Shown here in pieces: positions 1-15,000 of a DNA stretch of 64,000 bases. Positions within the stretch are counted from its first letter, which is position 1. Each line of letters starts with the position of its first letter. The translations under genes and the position numbers were made by a program. The stretch covers positions 11,789-75,788 of the forward strand of contig JAUCBJ010006054.1 of the NCBI GenBank assembly GCA_032718475.1, given 5' to 3'. Source of the DNA: Nemertoderma westbladi (Eukaryota > Animalia > Xenacoelomorpha). The notes under the pieces were generated by a model. That model did not search any database, was not told the origin of the DNA, and saw only the letters and a list, made by a program, of their open reading frames with translations.

Positions 1-3000
1 CTCCAAATAACAATGTACTAATAAACACGTACCATCAGCTCCAAATAACAATGTACTAATAAACACGTACCATCAGCTCCAAATAACAATGTACTAATAA
101 ACACGTTCCATCAGCTCTAAATATCATGTATTAATAAACACGTACCATCAGCTCCAAATATCAATGTACTAATAAACGTACCATCAGCTCCAAATAACAA
201 TGTACTAATAAACGTACCATCAGCTCCAAATAACATGTATTAATAAACACGTACCATCAGCTCCAAATATCATGTATTAATAAACACGTACCATCAGCTC
301 CAAATAACAATGTACTAATAAACGTACCATCAGCTCCAAATAACATGTATTAATAAACACGTACCATCAGCTCCAAATATCATGTATTAATAAACACGTA
401 CCATCAGCTCCAAATAACAATGTACTAATAAACACGTACCATCAGCTCCAAATAACAATGTACTAATAAACACGTACCATCAGCTCCAAATAACAATGTA
501 CTAATAAACACGTACCATCAGCTCCAAATAACAATGTACTAATAAACACGTACCATCAGCTCCAAATAACAATGTACTAATAAACACGTACCATCAGCTC
601 CAAATAACAATGTACTAATAAACACGTACCATCACCTCCAAATATCATGTATTAATAAACACGTACCATCAGCTCCAAATAACAATGTACTAATAAACAC
701 GTACCATCAGCTCCAAATAACAATGTACTAATAAACACGTACCATCAGCTCCAAATAACAATGTACTAATAAACACGTACCATCAGCTCCAAATAACAAT
801 GTACTAATAAACACGTACCATCAGCTCCAAATAACAATGTACTAATAAACGTACCATCAGCTCCAAATAACAATGTACTAATAAACGTACCATCAGCTCC
901 AAATAACAATGTACTAATAAACACGTACCATCAGCTCCAAATAACAATGTACTAATAAACACGTACCATCAGCTCCAAATAACAATGTACTAATAAACAC
1001 GTACCATCAGCTCCAAATAACAATGTACTAATAAACACGTTCCATCAGCTCTAAATATCATGTATTAATAAACACGTACCATCAGCTCCAAATATCATGT
1101 ATTAATAAACACGTACCATCAGCTCCAAATATCATGTATTAATAAACACGTACCATCAGCTCCAAATATCATGTATTAATAAACACGTACCATCAGCTCC
1201 AAATATCATGTATTAATAAACACGTACCATCAGCTCCAAATATCATGTATTAATAAACACGTACCATCAGCTCCAAATATCATGTATTAATAAACACGTA
1301 CCATCAGCTCCAAATATCATGTATTAATAAACACGTACCATCAGCTCCAAATAACAATGTACTAATAAACACGTACCATCAGCTCCAAATAACAATGTAC
1401 TAATAAACACGTACCATCAGCTCCAAATAACAATGTACTAATAAACACGTACCATCAGCTCCAAATAACAATGTACTAATAAACGTACCATCAGCTCCAA
1501 ATAACAATGTACTAATAAACGTACCATCAGCTCCAAATAACAATGTACTAATAAACACGTACCATCAGCTCCAAATAACAATGTACTAATAAACACGTAC
1601 CATCAGCTCCAAATATCAATGTACTAATAAACGTACCATCAGCTCCAAATAACAATGTACTAATAAACGTACCATCAGCTCCAAATAACATGTATTAATA
1701 AACACGTACCATCAGCTCCAAATATCATGTATTAATAAACACGTACCATCAGCTCCAAATAACAATGTACTAATAAACGTACCATCAGCTCCAAATAACA
1801 TGTATTAATAAACACGTACCATCAGCTCCAAATATCATGTATTAATAAACACGTACCATCAGCTCCAAATAACAATGTACTAATAAACACGTACCATCAG
1901 CTCCAAATAACAATGTACTAATAAACACGTACCATCAGCTCCAAATAACAATGTACTAATAAACACGTACCATCAGCTCCAAATATCATGTATTAATAAA
2001 CACGTACCATCAGCTCCAAATAACAATGTACTAATAAACACGTACCATCAGCTCCAAATAACAATGTACTAATAAACACGTACCATCAGCTCCAAATATC
2101 ATGTATTAATAAACACGTACCATCAGCTCCAAATAACAATGTACTAATAAACACGTACCATCAGCTCCAAATAACAATGTACTAATAAACGTACCATCAG
2201 CTCCAAATAACAATGTACTAATAAACGTACCATCAGCTCCAAATATCATGTATTAATAAACACGTACCATCAGCTCCAAATAACAATGTACTAATAAACA
2301 CGTACCATCAGCTCCAAATAACAATGTACTAATAAACGTACCATCAGCTCCAAATAACAATGTACTAATAAACACGTACCATCAGCTCCAAATAACAATG
2401 TACTAATAAACGTTCCATCAGCTCCAAATATCATGTATTAATAAACACGTTCCATCAGCTCCAAATAACAATGTACTATTAAACGTACCATCAGCTCCAA
2501 ATATCAATGTACAAATAAACACGTACCATCAGCTCCAAATAACAATGTACTAATAAACGTACCATCAGCTCCAAATAACAATGTACTAATAAACGTACCA
2601 TCAGCTCCAAATAACAATGTACTAATAAACGTACCATCAGCTCCAAATAACAATGTACTAATAAACACGTACCATCAGCTCCAAATATCATGTATTAATA
2701 AACACGTACCATCAGCTCCAAATAACAATGTACTAATAAACACGTACCATCAGCTCCAAATAACAATGTACTAATAAACGTACCATCAGCTCCAAATAAC
2801 ATGTATTAATAAACACGTACCATCAGCTCCAAATATCATGTATTAATAAACACGTACCATCAGCTCCAAATAACAATGTACTAATAAACACGTACCATCA
2901 GCTCCAAATAACAATGTACTAATAAACGTACCATCAGCTCCAAATAACAATGTACTAATAAACGTACCATCAGCTCCAAATAACAATGTACTAATAAACG

Positions 3001-6000
3001 TACCATCAGCTCCAAATAACATGTACTAATAAACACGTACCATCAGCTCCAAATAACATGTATTAATAAACACGTACCATCAGCTCCAAATATCATGTAT
3101 TAATAAACACGTACCATCAGCTCCAAATAACAATGTACTAATAAACACGTACCATCAGCTCCAAATAACAAAGTACTAATAAACACGTACCATCAGCTCC
3201 AAATATCATGTATTAATAAACGTACCATCAGCTCCAAATAACAATGTACTAATAAACACGTACCATCAGCTCCAAATATCATGTATTAATAAACACGTAC
3301 CATCAGCTCCAAATAACAATGTACTAATAAACACGTACCATCAGCTCCAAATAACAATATACTAATAAACACGTACCATCAGCTCCAAATAACAATGTAC
3401 TAATAAACACGTACCATCAGCTCCAAATAACAATGTACTAATAAACACGTACCATCAGCTCCAAATAACAATGTACTAATAAACACGTACCATCAGCTCC
3501 AAATAACAATGTACTAATAAACACGTACCATCAGCTCCAAATAACAATGTACTAATAAACACGTACCATCAGCTCCAAATAACAATGTACTAATAAACAC
3601 GTTCCATCAGCTCCAAATAACAATGTACTAATAAACACGTACCATCAGCTCCAAATAACAATGTACTAATAAACACGTACCATCAGCTCCAAATAACAAT
3701 GTACTAATAAACGTACCATCAGCTCCAAATAACAATGTACTAATAAACACGTACCATCAGCTCCAAATAACAATGTACTAATAAACACGTACCATCAGCT
3801 CCAAATAACAATGTACTAATAAACGTACCATCAGCTCCAAATAACAATGTACTAATAAACACGTACCATCAGCTCCAAATAACAATGTACTAATAAACGT
3901 ACCATCAGCTCCAAATAACAATGTACTAATAAACGTACCATCAGCTCCAAATATCATGTATTAATAAACGTACCATCAGCTCCAAATAACAATGTACTAA
4001 TAAACACGTACCATCAGCTCCAAATATCATGTATTAATAAACGTACCATCAGCTCCAAATAACAATGTACTAATAAACACGTACCATCAGCTCCAAATAA
4101 CAATGTACTAATAAACACGTACCATCAGCTCCAAATAACAATGTACTAATAAACACGTACCATCAGCTCCAAATAACAATGTACTAATAAACACGTACCA
4201 TCAGCTCCAAATAACAATGTACTAATAAACACGTACCATCAGCTCCAAATATCATGTATTAATAAACACGTACCATCAGCTCCAAATAACAATGTACTAA
4301 TAAACGTACCATCAGCTCCAAATAACAATGTACTAATAAACACGTTCCATCAGCTCCAAATATCATGTACTAATAAACACGTACCATCAGCTCCAAATAA
4401 CAATGTACTAATAAACACGTACCATCAGCTCCAAATAACAATGTACTAATAAACGTACCATCAGCTCCAAATAACAATGTACTAATAAACACGTACCATC
4501 AGCTCCAAATATCAATGTACTAATAAACACGTACCATCAGCTCCAAATAACAATGTACTAATAAACGTACCATCAGCTCCAAATAACATGTATTAATAAA
4601 CACGTACCATCAGCTCCAAATATCATGTATTAATAAACACGTACCATCAGCTCCAAATATCATGTATTAATAAATACGTACCATCAGCTCCAAATATCAA
4701 TGTACTAATAAACACGTACCATCAGCTCCAAATATCAATGTACTAATAAACACGTACCATCAGCTCCAAATATCAATGTACTAATAAACGTACCATCAGC
4801 TCCAAATAACAATGTACTAATAAACGTACCATCAGCTCCAAATAACAATGTACTAATAAACGTACCATCAGCTCCAAATGTCAATGTACTAATAAACACG
4901 TACCATCAGCTCCAAATATCATGTATTAATAAACGTACCATCAGCTCCAAATATCATGTATTAATAAACACGTACCATCAGCTCCAAATATCATGTATTA
5001 ATAAACACGTACCATCAGCTCCAAATATCATGTATTAATAAACACGTACCATCAGCTCCAAATAACAATGTACTAATAAACGTACCATCAGCTCCAAATA
5101 ACAATGTACTAATAAACACGTACCATCAGCTCCAAATAACAATGTACTAATAAACACGTACCATCAGCTCCAAATAACAATGTACTAATAAACGTACCAT
5201 CAGCTCCAAATAACAATGTACTAATAAACACGTACCATCAGCTCCAAATAACAATGTACTAATAAACACGTACCATCAGCTCCAAATATCATGTATTAAT
5301 AAACGTACCATCAGCTCCAAATATCATGTATTAATAAACACGTACCATCAGCTCCAAATATCATGTATTAATAAACACGTACCATCAGCTCCAAATATCA
5401 TGTATTAATAAACACGTACCATCAGCTCCAAATAACAATGTACTAATAAACGTACCATCAGCTCCAAATAACAATGTACTAATAAACACGTACCATCAGC
5501 TCCAAATAACAATGTACTAATAAACACGTACCATCAGCTCCAAATAACAATGTACTAATAAACGTACCATCAGCTCCAAATAACAATGTACTAATAAACG
5601 TACCATCAGCTCCAAATAACAATGTACTAATAAACACGTACCATCAGCTCCAAATAACAATGTACTAATAAACACGTACCATCAGCTCCAAATAACAATG
5701 TACTAATAAACACGTACCATCAGCTCCAAATAACAATGTACTAATAAACGTACCATCAGCTCCAAATAACAATGTACTAATAAACGTACCATCAGCTCCA
5801 AATAACATGTATTAATAAACACGTACCATCAGCTCCAAATAACAATGTACTAATAAACGTACCATCAGCTCCAAATAACAATGTACTAATAAACACGTAC
5901 CATCAGCTCCAAATAACAATGTACTAATAAACACGTACCATCAGCTCCAAATATCATGTATTAATAAACACGTACCATCAGCTCCAAATAACAATGTACT

Positions 6001-9000
6001 AATAAACACGTACCATCAGCTCCAAATAACAATGTACTAATAAACACGTACCATCAGCTCCAAATAACAATGTACTAATAAACACGTACCATCAGCTCCA
6101 AATATCATGTATTAATAAACACGTACCATCAGCTCCAAATAACAATGTACTAATAAACACGTACCATCAGCTCCAAATAACAATGTACTAATAAACACGT
6201 ACCATCAGCTCCAAATAACAATGTACTAATAAACACGTACCATCAGCTCCAAATATCATGTATTAATAAACACGTACCATCAGCTCCAAATAACAATGTA
6301 CTAATAAACACGTACCATCAGCTCCAAATAACAATGTATTAATAAACACGTACCATCAGCTCCAAATATCAATGTACTAATAAACGTACCATCAGCTCCA
6401 AATAACAATGTACTAATAAACACGTACCATCAGCTCCAAATATCAATGTACTAATAAAAGTATCATCAGCTCCAAATAACAATGTATTAATAAACACGTA
6501 CCATCAGCTCCAAATAACAATGTACTAATAAACGTACCATCAGCTCCAAATAACATGTATTAATAAACACGTACCATCAGCTCCAAATATCAATGTACTA
6601 ATAAACGTACCATCAGCTCCAAATAACATGTATTAATAAACACGTACCATCAGCTCCAAATATCAATGTACTAATAAACGTACCATCAGCTCCAAATATC
6701 ATGTATTAATAAACACGTACCATCAGCTCCAAATAACAATGTACTAATAAACGTACCATCAGCTCCAAATAACAATGTACTAATAAACACGTACCATCAG
6801 CTCCAAATAACAATGTACTAATAAACGTACCATCAGCTCCAAATAACAATGTACTAATAAACACGTACCATCAGCTCCAAATATCATTGTACTAATAAAC
6901 ACGTACCATCAGCTCCAAATAACAATGTACTAATAAACGTACCATCAGCTCCAAATAACATGTATTAATAAACACGTACCATCAGCTCCAAATAACAATG
7001 TACTAATAAACACGTACCATCAGCTCCAAATATCATGTATTAATAAACACGTACCATCAGCTCCAAATAACAATGTACTAATAAACACGTACCATCAGCT
7101 CCAAATAACAATGTACTAATAAACGTACCATCAGCTCCAAATAACAATGTACTAATAAACACGTACCATCAGCTCCAAATATCATTGTACTAATAAACAC
7201 GTACCATCAGCTCCAAATAACAATGTACTAATAAACGTACCATCAGCTCCAAATAACATGTATTAATAAACACGTACCATCAGCTCCAAATAACAATGTA
7301 CTAATAAACACGTACCATCAGCTCCAAATATCATGTATTAATAAACACGTACCATCAGCTCCAAATAACAATGTACTAATAAACACGTACCATCAGCTCC
7401 AAATATCAATGTACTAATAAACGTACCATCAGCTCCAAATAACAATGTACTAATAAACACGTTCCATCAGCTCCAAATAACAATGTACTAATAAACACGT
7501 ACCATCAGCTCCAAATAACAATGTACTAATAAACGTACCATCAGCTCCAAATAACAATGTACTAATAAACACGTACCATCAGCTCCAAATATCAATGTAC
7601 TAATAAACACGTACCATCAGCTCCAAATATCATGTATTAATAAACACGTACCATCAGCTCCAAATAACAATGTACTAATAAACGTACCATCAGCTCCAAA
7701 TAACATGTATTAATAAACACGTACCATCAGCTCCAAATAACAATGTACTAATAAACACGTACCATCAGCTCCAAATAACAATGTACTAATAAACGTACCA
7801 TCAGCTCCAAATAACAATGTACTAATAAACACGTACCATCAGCTCCAAATAACAATGTACTAATAAACACGTACCATCAGCTCCAAATAACAATGTACTA
7901 ATAAACACGTACCATCAGCTCCAAATAACAATGTACTAATAAACACGTACCATCAGCTCCAAATAACAATGTACTAATAAACACGTACCATCAGCTCCAA
8001 ATAACAATGTACTAATAAACACGTACCATCAGCTCCAAATAACAATGTACTAATAAACGTACCATCAGCTCCAAATAACAATGTACTAATAAACGTACCA
8101 TCAGCTCCAAATAACAATGTACTAATAAACACGTACCATCAGCTCCAAATAACAATGTACTAATAAACACGTACCATCAGCTCCAAATAACAATGTACTA
8201 ATAAACACGTACCATCAGCTCCAAATAACAATGTACTAATAAACGTACCATCAGCTCCAAATAACAATGTACTAATAAACGTACCATCAGCTCCAAATAA
8301 CATGTATTAATAAACACGTACCATCAGCTCCAAATAACAATGTACTAATAAACGTACCATCAGCTCCAAATAACAATGTACTAATAAACACGTACCATCA
8401 GCTCCAAATAACAATGTACTAATAAACACGTACCATCAGCTCCAAATATCATGTATTAATAAACACGTACCATCAGCTCCAAATAACAATGTACTAATAA
8501 ACACGTACCATCATCTCCAAATAACAATGTACTAATAAACACGTACCATCAGCTCCAAATAACAATGTACTAATAAACACGTACCATCAGCTCCAAATAT
8601 CATGTATTAATAAACACGTACCATCAGCTCCAAATAACAATGTACTAATAAACACGTACCATCAGCTCCAAATAACAATGTACTAATAAACACGTACCAT
8701 CAGCTCCAAATAACAATGTACTAATAAACACGTACCATCAGCTCCAAATATCATGTATTAATAAACACGTACCATCAGCTCCAAATAACAATGTACTAAT
8801 AAACACGTACCATCAGCTCCAAATAACAATGTATTAATAAACACGTACCATCAGCTCCAAATATCAATGTACTAATAAACGTACCATCAGCTCCAAATAA
8901 CAATGTACTAATAAACACATACCATCAGCTCCAAATAACAATGTACTAATAAACACGTACCATCAGCTCCAAATAACAATGTACTAATAAACACGTACCA

Positions 9001-12000
9001 TCAGCTCCAAATATCAATGTATTAATAAACATGTACCATCAGCTCCAAATATCAATGTATTAATAAACACGTACCATCAGCTCTAAATATCATGTATTAA
9101 TAAACACGTACCATCAGCTCCAAATATCATGTATTAATAAACACGTACCATCAGCTCCAAATATCATGTATTAATAAATACGCACCATCAGCTCCAAATA
9201 TCATGTATTAATAAACACGTACCATCAGCTCCAAATATCATGTATTAATAAACACGTACCATCAGCTCCAAATAACAATGTACTAATAAACACGTACCAT
9301 CAGCTCCAAATAACAATGTACTAATAAACACGTACCATCAGCTCCAAATAACAATGTACTAATAAACACGTACCATCAGCTCCAAATAACAATGTACTAA
9401 TAAACACGTACCATCAGCTCCAAATAACAATATACTAATAAACACGTACCATCAGCTCCAAATAACAATGTACTAATAAACACGTACCATCAGCTCCAAA
9501 TAACAATGTACTAATAAAAGTATCATCAGCTCCAAATAACAATGTACTAATAAACACGTACCATCAGCTCCAAATAACAATGTACTAATAAACACGTACC
9601 ATCAGCTCCAAATATCAATGTACTAATAAACGTACCATCAGCTCCAAATAACAATGTACTAATAAACACGTTCCATCAGCTCCAAATAACAATGTACTAA
9701 TAAACACGTACCATCAGCTCAAATAACAATGTACTAATAAACATGTACCATCAGCTCCAAATATCAATGTACTAATAAACACGTACCATCAGCTCCAAAT
9801 AACAATGTACTAATAAACGTACCATCAGCTCCAAATAACAATGTACTAATAAACACGTACCATCAGCTCCAAATATCATGTATTAATAAACACGTACCAT
9901 CAGCTCCAAATATCAATGTACTAATAAACACGTACCATCAGCTCCAAATAACAATGTACTAATAAACACGTACCATCAGCTCCAAATATCAATGTACTAA
10001 TAAACACGTACCATCAGCTCCAAATAACAATGTACTAATAAACACGTACCATCAGCTCCAAATATCAATGTACTAATAAACGTACCATCAGCTCCAAATA
10101 ACAATGTACAATTAAACACGTACCATCAGCTCCAAATAACAATGTACTAATAAACGTACCATCAGCTCCAAATAACAATGTACTAATAAACACGTACCAT
10201 CAGCTCCAAATATCATGTATTAATAAACACGTACCATCAGCTCCAAATAACAATGTACTAATAAACACGTACCATCAGCTCCAAATATCAATGTACTAAT
10301 AAACACGTACCATCAGCTCCAAATAACAATGTACTAATAAACGTACCATCAGCTCCAAATAACAATGTACTAATAAACACGTACCATCAGCTCCAAATAT
10401 CATGTATTAATAAACACGTACCATCAGCTCCAAATATCATGTATTAATAAACACGTACCATCAGCTCCAAATATCATGTATTAATAAACACGTACCATCA
10501 GCTCCAAATATCATGTATTAATAAACACGTACCATCAGCTCCAAATAACAATGTACTAATAAACACGTACCATCAGCTCCAAATATCAATGTACTAATAA
10601 ACGTACCATCAGCTCCAAATAACAATGTACTAATAAACACGTTCCATCAGCTCCAAATAACAATGTACTAATAAACGTACCATCAGCTCCAAATAACAAT
10701 GTACTAATAAACACGTACCATCAGCTCCAAATAACAATGTACTAATAAACACGTACCATCAGCTCCAAATAACAATGTACTAATAAACACGTACCATCAG
10801 CTCCAAATATCAATGTACTAATAAACGTACCATCAGCTCCAAATAACAATGTACTAATAAACACGTTCCATCAGCTCCAAATAACAATGTACTAATAAAC
10901 ACGTACCATCAGCTCCAAATAACAATGTACTAATAAACACGTACCATCAGCTCCAAATAACAATGTACTAATAAACGTACCATCAGCTCCAAATAACAAT
11001 GTACTAATAAACGTACCATCAGCTCCAAATATCAATGTACTAATAAACACGTACCATCAGCTCCAAATATCATGTATTAATAAACACGTACCATCAGCTC
11101 CAAATAACAATGTACTAATAAACACGTACCATCAGCTCCAAATAACAATGTACTAATAAACACGTACCATCAGCTCCAAATAACAATGTACTAATAAACA
11201 CGTACCATCAGCTCCAAATAACAATGTACTAATAAACACGTACCATCAGCTCCAAATATCAATGTACTAATAAACGTACCATCAGCTCCAAATAACAATG
11301 TACTAATAAACACGTTCCATCAGCTCCAAATAACAATGTACTAATAAACGTACCATCAGCTCCAAATAACAATGTACTAATAAACACGTACCATCAGCTC
11401 CAAATAACAATGTACTAATAAACACGTACCATCAGCTCCAAATAACAATGTACTAATAAACACGTACCATCAGCTCCAAATATCAATGTACTAATAAACG
11501 TACCATCAGCTCCAAATAACAATGTACTAATAAACACGTTCCATCAGCTCCAAATAACAATGTACTAATAAACACGTACCATCAGCTCCAAATATCATGT
11601 ATTAATAAACACGTACCATCAGCTCCAAATAACAATGTACTAATAAACACGTACCATCAGCTCCAAATAACAATGTACTAATAAACACGTACCATCAGCT
11701 CCAAATAACAATGTACTAATAAACACGTACCATCAGCTCCAAATAACAATGTACTAATAAACGTACCATCAGCTCCAAATAACAATGTACTAATAAACGT
11801 ACCATCAGCTCCAAATATCAATGTACTAATAAACACGTACCATCAGCTCCAAATATCATGTATTAATAAACACGTACCATCAGCTCCAAATAACAATGTA
11901 CTAATAAACACGTACCATCAGCTCCAAATAACAATGTACTAATAAACACGTACCATCAGCTCCAAATAACAATGTACTAATAAACACGTACCATCAGCTC

Positions 12001-15000
12001 CAAATAACAATGTACTAATAAACACGTACCATCAGCTCCAAATATCAATGTACTAATAAACGTACCATCAGCTCCAAATAACAATGTACTAATAAACACG
12101 TTCCATCAGCTCCAAATAACAATGTACTAATAAACGTACCATCAGCTCCAAATAACAATGTACTAATAAACACGTACCATCAGCTCCAAATAACAATGTA
12201 CTAATAAACACGTACCATCAGCTCCAAATAACAATGTACTAATAAACACGTACCATCAGCTCCAAATATCAATGTACTAATAAACGTACCATCAGCTCCA
12301 AATAACAATGTACTAATAAACACGTTCCATCAGCTCCAAATAACAATGTACTAATAAACACGTACCATCAGCTCCAAATATCAATGTACTAATAAACGTA
12401 CCATCAGCTCCAAATAACAATGTACTAATAAACACGTACCATCAGCTCCAAATAACAATGTACTAATAAACACGTACCATCAGCTCCAAATAACAATGTA
12501 CTAATAAACACGTACCATCAGCTCCAAATAACAATGTACTAATAAACGTACCATCAGCTCCAAATAACAATGTACTAATAAACACGTACCATCAGCTCCA
12601 AATAACAATGTACTAATAAACACGTACCATCAGCTCCAAATAACAATGTACTAATAAACACGTACCATCAGCTCCAAATATCATGTATTAATAAACACGT
12701 ACCATCAGCTCCAAATAACAATGTACTAATAAACACGTACCATCAGCTCCAAATAACAATGTACTAATAAACGTACCATCAGCTCCAAATAACAATGTAC
12801 TAATAAACACGTACCATCAGCTCCAAATATCATGTATTAATAAACACGTACCATCAGCTCCAAATATCATGTATTAATAAACACGTACCATCAGCTCCAA
12901 ATAACAATGTACTAATAAACGTACCATCAGCTCCAAATAACAATGTACTAATAAACACGTACCATCAGCTCCAAATAACAATGTACTAATAAACACGTAC
13001 CATCAGCTCCAAATAACAATGTACTAATAAACGTACCATCAGCTCCAAATAACAATGTACTAATAAACACGTACCATCAGCTCCAAATATCATGTATTAA
13101 TAAACACGTACCATCAGCTCCAAATAACAATGTACTAATAAACACGTACCATCAGCTCCAAATAACAATGTACTAATAAACGTACCATCAGCTCCAAATA
13201 ACAATGTACTAATAAACACGTACCATCAGCTCCAAATATCAATGTACTAATAAACACGTACCATCAGCTCCAAATAACAATGTACTAATAAACGTACCAT
13301 CAGCTCCAAATAACAATGTACTAATAAACGTACCATCAGCTCCAAATAACAATGTACTAATAAACACGTACCATCAGCTCCAAATATCATGTATTAATAA
13401 ACACGTACCATCAGCTCCAAATAACAATGTACTAATAAACACGTACCATCAGCTCCAAATAACAATGTACTAATAAACGTACCATCAGCTCCAAATAACA
13501 ATGTACTAATAAACACGTACCATCAGCTCCAAATAACAATGTACTAATAAACGTACCATCAGCTCCAAATAACAATGTACTAATAAACGTACCATCAGCT
13601 CCAAATAACAATGTACTAATAAACGTACCATCAGCTCCAAATAACAATGTACTAATAAACACGTACCATCAGCTCCAAATAACAATGTACTAATAAACAC
13701 GTACCATCAGCTCCAAATATCATGTATTAATAAACACGTACCATCAGCTCCAAATAACAATGTACTAATAAACACGTACCATCAGCTCCAAATATCATGT
13801 ATTAACAAACGTACCATCAGCTCCAAATATCATGTATTAATAAACACGTACCATCAGCTCCAAATAACAATGTACTAATAAACACGTACCATCAGCTCCA
13901 AATATCATGTATTAATAAACGTACCATCAGCTCCAAATATCAATGTACTAATAAACGTACCATCAGCTCCAAATAACAATGTACTAATAAACGTACCATC
14001 AGCTCCAAATAACAATGTACTAATAAACGTACCATCAGCTCCAAATAACAATGTACTAATAAACGTACCATCAGCTCCAAATAACAATGTACTAATAAAC
14101 ACGTACCATCAGCTCCAAATATCATGTATTAATAAACACGTACCATCAGCTCCAAATATCATGTATTAATAAACACGTACCATCAGCTCCAAATATCATG
14201 TATTAATAAACACGTACCATCAGCTCCAAATATCATGTATTAATAAACGTACCATCAGCTCCAAATATCAATGTACTAATAAACGTACCATCAGCTCCAA
14301 ATAACAATGTACTAATAAACGTACCATCAGCTCCAAATAACAATGTACTAATAAACGTACCATCAGCTCCAAATAACAATGTACTAATAAACGTACCATC
14401 AGCTCCAAATAACAATGTACTAATAAACGTACCATCAGCTCCAAATAACAATGTACTAATAAACGTACCATCAGCTCCAAATAACAATGTACTAATAAAC
14501 GTACCATCAGCTCCAAATAACAATGTACTAATAAACACGTACCATCAGCTCCAAATAACAATGTACTAATAAACGTACCATCAGCTCCAAATAACAATGT
14601 ACTAATAAACACGTACCATCAGCTCCAAATATCATGTATTAATAAACACGTACCATCAGCTCCAAATATCATGTATTAATAAACACGTACCATCAGCTCC
14701 AAATATCATGTATTAATAAACACGTACCATCAGCTCCAAATATCATGTATTAATAAACGTACCATCAGCTCCAAATATCAATGTACTAATAAACGTACCA
14801 TCAGCTCCAAATAACAATGTACTAATAAACGTACCATCAGCTCCAAATAACAATGTACTAATAAACGTACCATCAGCTCCAAATAACAATGTACTAATAA
14901 ACGTACCATCAGCTCCAAATAACAATGTACTAATAAACACGTACCATCAGCTCCAAATATCATGTATTAATAAACACGTACCATCAGCTCCAAATAACAA

